Shown here: in pieces, positions 9,521 to 15,705 of the stretch
Numbering within the stretch: the stretch's first letter is position 1
How the letters are laid out: each line of letters begins with the position of its first letter
Assembly: GCA_964635485.1 (NCBI GenBank)
Contig: CAZWPV010000001.1
Span: 1-24,968, forward strand
Source of the DNA: an uncultured Anaerolineales bacterium
Lineage (GTDB): Bacteria > Chloroflexota > Anaerolineae > B4-G1
Direction: 5' to 3'
DNA: 24,968 nucleotides
Translations under genes and position numbers: made by a program
Notes under the pieces: model-generated
What the model was told of the DNA's origin: nothing
What the model saw: only the letters and a program-made list of their open reading frames with translations
Database searches by the model: none

Positions 9521-10006
9521 ATGGCCGAGCGAGTCAGCGTTGGGCAAGCAGCCCCCGTCTTTGAGTTGACCGACGTGCAGGGAAACGCCGTCCGCCTCTC
9601 CGATTACCGAGGGGAGAGGCACGTGCTCCTGGTTTTCACGCGCGGTTTTATGTGACCCTACTGCCGTGCCCATCTCGCGCAGTTGCGTGAGGACTATGAC
9701 AAGTTCGTAGAGCGCGATGCAGAAATCCTCGTCATCGGCCCCGAGGGACCGCGCCGCTTCAAGCAGGTGTGGGAGGCAGAGCGCTATCCTTTCGTGGGCT
9801 TTGCCGATTACCGCCACACCGTCGCGGATCGCTACGGCCAGGAGGTCAAACTGCGAAAGCTGGGCCGCATGCCCGCGCTGCTGATCGTCGACAAGCGCGG
9901 CGTGATCCGCCTCGCTCACTTTGGCGACGACATGGCCGACATCCCGAAAAACAAGGACGTGCTGGCGCTGCTGGATCGGTTGAACCAAGAGGAGGTCGCA
10001 CAATGA
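9521..10006 (+). CDS. Peroxiredoxin-like (AhpC/TSA, redoxin) selenoprotein with a UxxC motif, 161 aa
   Basis: GGAGG RBS, then ATG at 9521 reading MAERVSVGQAAPVFELTDVQGNAVRLSDYRGERHVLLVFTRGFM-TGA(9653-9655)-PYCRAHLAQLRE..., in frame with the track ORF 9683-10006. The TGA sits at the first Cys of the redoxin CxxC, and a SECIS-like hairpin follows. Confidence 0.85.
9674..9691 (+). promoter_or_regulatory. Putative bacterial SECIS element
   Basis: 7-bp stem CUCGCGC/GCGUGAG (one G-U pair) with loop AGUU. The loop begins 25 nt after the UGA and has G at loop position 2, matching the general bacterial SECIS model. Confidence 0.65.
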
Positions 10007-10423
10007 GCAATCTGGCGGATATACAAACGCCTATCTTTTGGGCCGAGGGGCACCCCGGTCCTCTTTCGGCGCAGGGTTGGAAAGTCGAAGTCGGCGGGCT
10101 GGTCGAAAAGCCGGTCACGCTGACGTATCAGGAAATCCTCGATCTACCCAAGTCGGTCGCCGATGCCCGCTGACGTCGGTGTCGGGCTGGTCGGTGCGCG
10201 GCAACTGGGGCGGCGTGCGCCTCAGCGACCTGCTGCCCCTGGCCAACCCCAAGCCCGAGGCCAAACACGTCCAATTCATCTCCTACCGCAAGGCCTATAC
10301 CACCTGCATTCCACTCGAGGTTGCCTTGCAGGAGCGCACGCTGCTGGCCTACGAGTTCGACGGCGAGCCGCTGGAGTTCACCTATGGCGACCCCATCCGC
10401 ATCTTTTGCCCCTACCTGTGGGG
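10003..10423 (+). pseudogene. Molybdopterin-dependent oxidoreductase (sulfite-oxidase/MsrP-YuiH-like Moco domain), frameshifted and 3'-truncated
   Basis: ATGA overlap with the redoxin stop. WKVEVGGLVEKPVTLTYQEILDLP...ADAR in frame 1 continues as LTSVSGWSVRGNWGGVRLSDL...YTTCIPL...LLAYEFDGEPL..YGDPIRIFCPYLWG in frame 3 (one base missing at ~10170). Family-like sequence stops abruptly after YLWG. Confidence 0.8.
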
Positions 10424-10430
10424 GGCAGCG
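10412..10430. mobile_element. Probable att junction (left boundary of an integrated element)
   Basis: Host Moco-gene homology ends at TGG GGG (~10423). The recombinase frame crosses this point and stops at 10412-10414 inside the host gene. GC drops from 45/60 (line 10201) to 27/60 (line 10441). Confidence 0.6.
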
Positions 10431-10968
10431 CAATCCGCCATACTGAGACGTGTGCTCCCCGGCTCTTTACTCAGTATGAACGTGGGATAGATAACTTTTT
10501 CCCCATCCTCTACCACGAGATTTGCCCGCACGTCTAGCAACTCGACTATGCGACGTCGCTCTGCAAAATCCTCGTCGGCACTCCCCAATCCGGCCGATAG
10601 GCGCTCACCGAATGTGGCTACCTCACATATCTGATCATCCGGCAAGATATATTGCAAGCGCATCTCCATACCATCCCGTTCTACTTCCAGCTTGGCGATG
10701 GTGTCCTCCAGCCGTTTCTTACGCTCCAACAGCATATCCTTGTCAACGGCGCCGGACAGATATAGGTCAATCAGCCTTTCCAATTGTGCCTTGTGCCCCG
10801 GAGCAGGTTGTTAATCGTTTCGATTTGTGCCAGAACGGGGGCATTTGCCTTCTTGCGCTCCGTCCGATAGACCTCTAGTTTCTCAGCTAACTTCTTCGGG
10901 TCCTGTAGCCAGTCCTTCAGCCAGTCCCATACCAGCGCATCCACATGATCAGCGCGAAGTGAAGGCGC
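10412..10968 (-). pseudogene. C-terminal remnant of a large serine recombinase (coiled-coil/C-terminal region), with an internal frameshift near 10797
   Basis: APSLRADHVDALVWDWLKDWLQDPKKL...NNLL, a frame change, then GHKAQLERLIDLYLSGAVDKDMLLERKKRLEDTIAKLEVER...FAERRRIVELLDVRA.... This is the pattern of the region after the zinc ribbon in large serine recombinases. In-frame stop at 10999-11001 upstream, no start codon and no catalytic domain. Confidence 0.7.
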
Positions 10969-11125
10969 GAGCGTTAAGGCCGTTTGGTGGCCGCCAGGTC
11001 AGCGCGGCAGGCCCCAAGCGGTGAGGCCGTCCAGCAGGAGGTTCCGCGAAGCCGAGGGCGCGTACCGCTGCCGGTGGATACAAGGTTGATGATAGCACAG
11101 CACGAATGTTCTGATTTGGCAAGAT

Positions 11126-11247
11126 CAGGCTGAAGCCAGCGAGACCTGTCCTGAGGCGCCCCCCGAGCAAGTCGAGGGGCGGAGTCGAAGGAAGCCCGCT
11201 TTACCGCATGGACTCAAGCCCAGCAGCTTGCGGCAGGCTGAATCCTG
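11126..11247. repeat. REP-like repeat mosaic with a nested element
   Basis: CCTGTCCTGAG (11145-11155)...CGGAGTCGAAGGA (11180-11192) is interrupted by a related unit CCCCGAGCAAGTCGAGGGG (11161-11179). It is flanked by two degenerate CAGGCTGAAGCCTG-type palindromes (11126-11139, 11234-11247). Confidence 0.6.
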
Positions 11248-11307
11248 TCAAGTGCCTATGCCTGTGAATAGTAACGCCTGGCCTTAATTTAGTTCGTAAC
11301 ATTTATC

Positions 11308-11316
11308 TGCTATCAT
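11308..11316 (+). promoter_or_regulatory. Putative extended -10 promoter element for the surface-protein gene
   Basis: TGC-TATCAT in an AT-rich stretch ~50 nt upstream of the ATG at 11368, with an AAGGAG RBS further down. No good -35. Confidence 0.4.
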
Positions 11317-11367
11317 AAGTGTAGCTGGAGGAACCAGATAAGTAGGAGAAGCTAAGGAGTAGACAGA

Positions 11368-14367
11368 ATGGACAGGCAAGTATCCAATGGGTTCAAATGG
11401 GCACGGGCGGGTCTTTCTGTTGCAGCTTCATCGTTCTTGTTTCTGGCCGTATTGCCGCAACTGCGTGTCAGGGCCGCCGATTCGATTCCCGACGCCCCTA
11501 TCGCGCTCGAATCGGACGCGGCGCAGTGGGAGGCTATCCCTATGTCTGTGGATAAACTCCCGGCATCTCTAGACGCGGCGGAACCTGGCGCGCTTCTGGA
11601 CGCAAGCCCGAACACCAACGTACAGATTGACGGGGCCTACAGCTTGCCGGGCGCGGCAACACACATCGACACGGTCACCGATTCCTCCGGCAACATCTAC
11701 GTGGTTTACGAGTACCTCGACGGCGCCAACTACGACACCATCGTCGGTAAGTCCACCGACAGCGGATCTACCTGGACACTTCACAGCATCGGTGGATCCG
11801 GGAACGAGCGACATCCAGTCATTGCCATCGACACCTCCGGCTACATCTTTATCGCCATCGACCACACGCCGGGTGGCACCACCTATCCAGCTTTTTGCAA
11901 GTCCACCAATCCTGGAAACATCAGCAACTGGAACTGCGGCTACTTCAGTGGCCTTTCCGACGGTTCGCAGAACCCCGCCATCGCCACGTACGGCGGAGGG
12001 GCCACGGCCACCGTCTATATGGTCTGGCAGTACCGCTCCGGCTCGGTCTACACCCTGCGCTACCTGTACTCGACCGATGGGGGAGGAAGCTGGAGCACGG
12101 CGGCCTTCTCGTCCGGGACATACTCCCGCCTCTACCCGGTAGCTGCTCTTAGCGATAGCGGCGGCACGACCTACGTATCCCTGGCTTACCAGTACGACTA
12201 TCCTGGTGAAGGGGATGTGTACGTGATTTATGAAACGGAGGGCAGCAACTCGTGGAGCATAGCCCTCTCTTACACGAACGGTCGCAAGGAAGCCTATCCG
12301 ACGCTGGCCGCCAGCGGCAGCAACGTCTACTTTGCTTACCAGTACAATCGACGGAACAACAACGACGACATCTACTTCCGCTACTCCACGGATGGCGGGC
12401 GGAGCTATAACGGCTCAGACATTGTCATCGCCGCCTCTAATAGCAACGAGCGCTACCCCTCCCTGGCCGCCCAGGGAGCGGACGTGCGGGCGGTCTACGT
12501 TTATAAAAGCCAGGCTACCTACTTGCGGCTGTCTACCTCAGACTACGGGGCTTCCTGGGGCGACCCGTACACGATGAACGACGCCGGGAACACGACCGAG
12601 GAGGGGTTCCGGGCCGTAGACGTCAGCTATCGATACGACGCCCACCCGGCAGTGGTCTGGATCGACAACCGCAACAGCAGAACCGACTACGATCCCTACT
12701 ATGCCACGCTGAACGATGACCCGCTGGCTCCCACGCAGTCTACTCCCTTCGACAACGAGAAGAGCGACGACACCACCCCGGATTTCACGTTCAGCGCTAC
12801 CGACCCTGATGCCGACACGTTGAGCTACCGCATCCAGGTCGACGACGACTACGACTTTAGCTCCCCGCTGGTTGATCGAAATTCCTCCGTCGATGGCACA
12901 GGGTTCAGCGGCAGCGATCCCTACGCCAGCGGTAGCGACGTCACCTACACTTACCAGGCCACGGACCCCGCCCTGAACGACGGCGTGACCTACTACTGGC
13001 GGGTGCGGGTCAAAGACCTCATTGGGGCCTGGAGCGATTGGTCGGCGACTTGGAGCTTTACCGTCGATACCTCCGATGCGACCACGGCCTGGTTCCAGAC
13101 CACCGGGGAGCAGTTCGAGACCGGCACACACGATGACACCGAGATAGCAGCAGGCGGCGACGTCCAACTGGACCTGCCTCAAAAATCCGGTTCCTTCACC
13201 TCGCCCGTCATCGACATCGCAGACTTTGGGGTCGGCGCGGAGTGGGGCGAGATTCACTGGGCAGACAGCGAGCCCAACGACACCGACCTGAAGGTCCACG
13301 TCTACTACGACGCCAGCGGCACGCCGGCGATTATCCCCAATGCTGCGCTACCCGGCAACGCCGCCGGTTTCGGTACCAACTTCATCGACCTCACCGGCCT
13401 CGACGCCGGAACGTACGACAAGCTCTATCTCCGGGCGGAGCTTTTCACCTCAGACAACAAGGTCACTCCAGTACTCTACGAGTGGGCGGTGAGAAAAGAG
13501 AATACCGCCCCCTCCAGCCAGACGGTGACCGGGGCCATCTCCACCGATTCGGGCGAACGGTACACCTTTGGCCAGACCGGCGCCACGATCGAGTTCCCCT
13601 CCGATGCGCCCGACGCCGCCTGCACCATCACGGTGACGGTGAGCCGGAACGCCTCCCTGGGCAGCAGCGTTGGCCGCGGGTACAGCATCGACACCGACTG
13701 CACCTCCTTCAACGCGACGCTGACGCTGGGGTACACGCAGGCCGAGATGAACGGAAACACCGAGAGCACGATGAGCCTGTACCGCTCGAACGGTGGCCCC
13801 TGGCAGCAGGTGCTCGTCTCTGCCCGCGACACCAACGCCAACACGCTGACCACCGAGAACGTGACCGCCTTCTCTGATTGGCGCATGGGCGACAACAACC
13901 CTACGGCAGTCACCCTGGCTGCCCTCACCGCCGAATGGGAGGGTGAGCAGGTGGTGGTGGCGTGGGAGACGACGCTGGAGGTGGATACCATCGGCTTCAA
14001 CCTGTGGCGCAGCACTGCCCCCGATGGCGAGTACGAGCGGGTCAACGAGACGCTGATCCCCGCCGCCTCACCGGGCGGGGTGTGGGGTGGGCCTTATGCC
14101 TACGCCGACGCCGGCGTCACGCTCGGCGCGACCTACTACTACAAGCTCGAGGAGATCGAGATCGGCGGCGCGAGGAACTGGTACGGGCCGGTTTCGACCG
14201 GGGCAGAAGCCCCCACCGCCGTGACGATCTCAAGCTTTGCGGCGCAGAACCCGAGCAGCCCGGCCCTCGCCTGGTGGCTGGCGGTGGCAGCGATAACCAC
14301 CGGCGCGAGTGGAGCGTTGCTCAACCGCCTGCGCAAGGGACGCTGTAAGCAAAACCTTTTCGGCTGA
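11368..14367 (+). CDS. Secreted/cell-surface protein: signal peptide, Asp-box (BNR) beta-propeller, Ig/Fn3-like and other beta-sandwich modules, PTAV-motif C-terminal anchor
   Basis: N-terminal basic + hydrophobic segment ending VRA-AD. Asp-boxes STDSGSTW, STDGGGSW, STDGGRSY and STSDYGASW. TYYWRVRVKD Fn3-like strand. PTAVTL and PTAVTI motifs, then a hydrophobic helix and RLRKGR. Confidence 0.88.
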   Translation: MDRQVSNGFKWARAGLSVAASSFLFLAVLPQLRVRAADSIPDAPIALESDAAQWEAIPMSVDKLPASLDAAEPGALLDASPNTNVQIDGAYSLPGAATHIDTVTDSSGNIYVVYEYLDGANYDTIVGKSTDSGSTWTLHSIGGSGNERHPVIAIDTSGYIFIAIDHTPGGTTYPAFCKSTNPGNISNWNCGYFSGLSDGSQNPAIATYGGGATATVYMVWQYRSGSVYTLRYLYSTDGGGSWSTAAFSSGTYSRLYPVAALSDSGGTTYVSLAYQYDYPGEGDVYVIYETEGSNSWSIALSYTNGRKEAYPTLAASGSNVYFAYQYNRRNNNDDIYFRYSTDGGRSYNGSDIVIAASNSNERYPSLAAQGADVRAVYVYKSQATYLRLSTSDYGASWGDPYTMNDAGNTTEEGFRAVDVSYRYDAHPAVVWIDNRNSRTDYDPYYATLNDDPLAPTQSTPFDNEKSDDTTPDFTFSATDPDADTLSYRIQVDDDYDFSSPLVDRNSSVDGTGFSGSDPYASGSDVTYTYQATDPALNDGVTYYWRVRVKDLIGAWSDWSATWSFTVDTSDATTAWFQTTGEQFETGTHDDTEIAAGGDVQLDLPQKSGSFTSPVIDIADFGVGAEWGEIHWADSEPNDTDLKVHVYYDASGTPAIIPNAALPGNAAGFGTNFIDLTGLDAGTYDKLYLRAELFTSDNKVTPVLYEWAVRKENTAPSSQTVTGAISTDSGERYTFGQTGATIEFPSDAPDAACTITVTVSRNASLGSSVGRGYSIDTDCTSFNATLTLGYTQAEMNGNTESTMSLYRSNGGPWQQVLVSARDTNANTLTTENVTAFSDWRMGDNNPTAVTLAALTAEWEGEQVVVAWETTLEVDTIGFNLWRSTAPDGEYERVNETLIPAASPGGVWGGPYAYADAGVTLGATYYYKLEEIEIGGARNWYGPVSTGAEAPTAVTISSFAAQNPSSPALAWWLAVAAITTGASGALLNRLRKGRCKQNLFG

Positions 14368-14395
14368 ATTCCTTGACGGCGCAGAAAGCGTGGAA

Positions 14396-15682
14396 TCACA
14401 TTTCCACCTTCAAATCTGTGCCCTCAAACGTCTCCATCTCTTGCCCGGGTGCCCCCAGAGGGATGATCAGGGAGAAGATGCTCCCCTGACTCGGCCCTGG
14501 GCTCTCAACGCTCGTTCGCCCTCGATGCACCTCGGCCACGTAGCGCACGAAAGCCCACCCAACGCCTACTCCCTCCTGGCCGCGTCGAAGCGCATCGGCG
14601 CTCTGCTCAAACGGTTTGCCTAACCGGGCCAACTGCTCCTCGGTCAACCCCACACCGGTGTCCGAAACCTGGATGACGACAGTCTGCTCAGACACGAAAG
14701 CCTCCACCCAGGCCCTCCCGCCGGGCAGGTTGAACTTGACCGCGTTGTAAGCCATCTGAAACGCTGCCTCCCCAATCAGTACGGGATCAGCGTGCAACTT
14801 TGGCAGGTCAGGAGAGATGAGGACCCTGAAATCCACCTCTCTTGCCTGGGCCAGGATCGCCACCGGCTGCACCGCCCACGGAATCACTTGATCCAGCGTG
14901 ATGTATCCGGGCTGAGGATCGCGTCTTTTCCCAACCAACTCGGCGAACTTGACCACGCCGCTGACCAGTCTATGCAGGCCCGCAATCTGCGTCGTCAGGT
15001 CTTCCAAAGCATCCTTCAATTCGGCAGGAGATCCCGCACTCTGGCGCTGCAAGACCTCTAGCGCCAGGCCAATCGAGGCGAATGGAGTCAGCATCTCATG
15101 GGTCACCACGCCAAGGAATGCCGCTTTCAGGCGGTCCAGTTCCTCCAGTCGGCGACTCGCCTCTTCCAGTGCATGATGCTCTGCTTGCTCCCGTTGAAAC
15201 AGCTCTTTTAGATCGCGGGCATACACGATCAACTGATCGGCTGGCATCTTGGACAAATTGTCCGGCCGGTGATACTGTGGCTCGTCGCCGGCCAACGTCT
15301 CTCTGACCATGTCGATGAGTTGGACGGGGCTGAAGGGTTTGACCACGTATGCATCGGCTCCTGCCGCCAATCCCAGAGCCCGGTCGTCTTTGCCACCTTT
15401 TGCCGTGAGGAGGATCACCGGGATGGACGAGGTCTCGGGATCGGTCTTTAACGTCGCACATACCTCAACGCCTGACCGACCGGGCAGCATCACGTCGAGA
15501 AGAACCAGGGCAGGGTGCAAGGCCTGGGCGAATGCCAGTGCCTCATCGCCGTCGTGAGCCACGACCGTGTGCAGGCCTTCCAGATCCAGCGTCGCCGCGA
15601 TGGCTTTGGCCAACAGTTTTTCATCTTCGACAATCAAGACTTGACGTCTCGATTCTTCCTGCTGTGACTGATACTCGGTCAT
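14396..15682 (-). CDS. REC - coiled coil - HisKA - HATPase hybrid kinase with divergent boxes
   Basis: Start moved from the track's 15847 (which overlaps the upstream CDS) to the ATG at 15682 (MTEYQSQ...). REC motifs VEDE, LLDVMLP and YVVKPF. THEMLTP, AYNAVKF, DTGVG, GVGVGWA. Confidence 0.88.
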   Translation of the reverse strand: MTEYQSQQEESRRQVLIVEDEKLLAKAIAATLDLEGLHTVVAHDGDEALAFAQALHPALVLLDVMLPGRSGVEVCATLKTDPETSSIPVILLTAKGGKDDRALGLAAGADAYVVKPFSPVQLIDMVRETLAGDEPQYHRPDNLSKMPADQLIVYARDLKELFQREQAEHHALEEASRRLEELDRLKAAFLGVVTHEMLTPFASIGLALEVLQRQSAGSPAELKDALEDLTTQIAGLHRLVSGVVKFAELVGKRRDPQPGYITLDQVIPWAVQPVAILAQAREVDFRVLISPDLPKLHADPVLIGEAAFQMAYNAVKFNLPGGRAWVEAFVSEQTVVIQVSDTGVGLTEEQLARLGKPFEQSADALRRGQEGVGVGWAFVRYVAEVHRGRTSVESPGPSQGSIFSLIIPLGAPGQEMETFEGTDLKVEM

Positions 15683-15705
15683 CACTCTCACATTTACAGC
15701 ATGGG

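Noticed and set aside
9497-10003. 168-aa minus-strand ORF over the redoxin
   Set aside because: Antisense shadow of a well-supported plus-strand gene, with no recognisable motifs.
9683-10006. Track ORF of 107 aa as the complete gene
   Set aside because: It starts after the active site. The RBS, ATG and redoxin N-terminus are at 9510-9655.
10171-10173. In-frame TGA in the Moco-family gene as a second selenocysteine codon
   Set aside because: Read-through in the same frame gives RRCRAGRC... with no family similarity. The homologous sequence continues in another frame, so this is a frameshift.
11236-11290. GCTGAATCC as the start of a c-di-AMP (ydaO) riboswitch
   Set aside because: The downstream conserved blocks (GGGGGAAC, second TGAATC, CCGTCAGCTAAC) are absent. 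It fits a degenerate palindromic repeat better.
14368-14395. Bidirectional terminator between the convergent genes
   Set aside because: Only a 3-4 bp stem is possible and there are no U-tracts.
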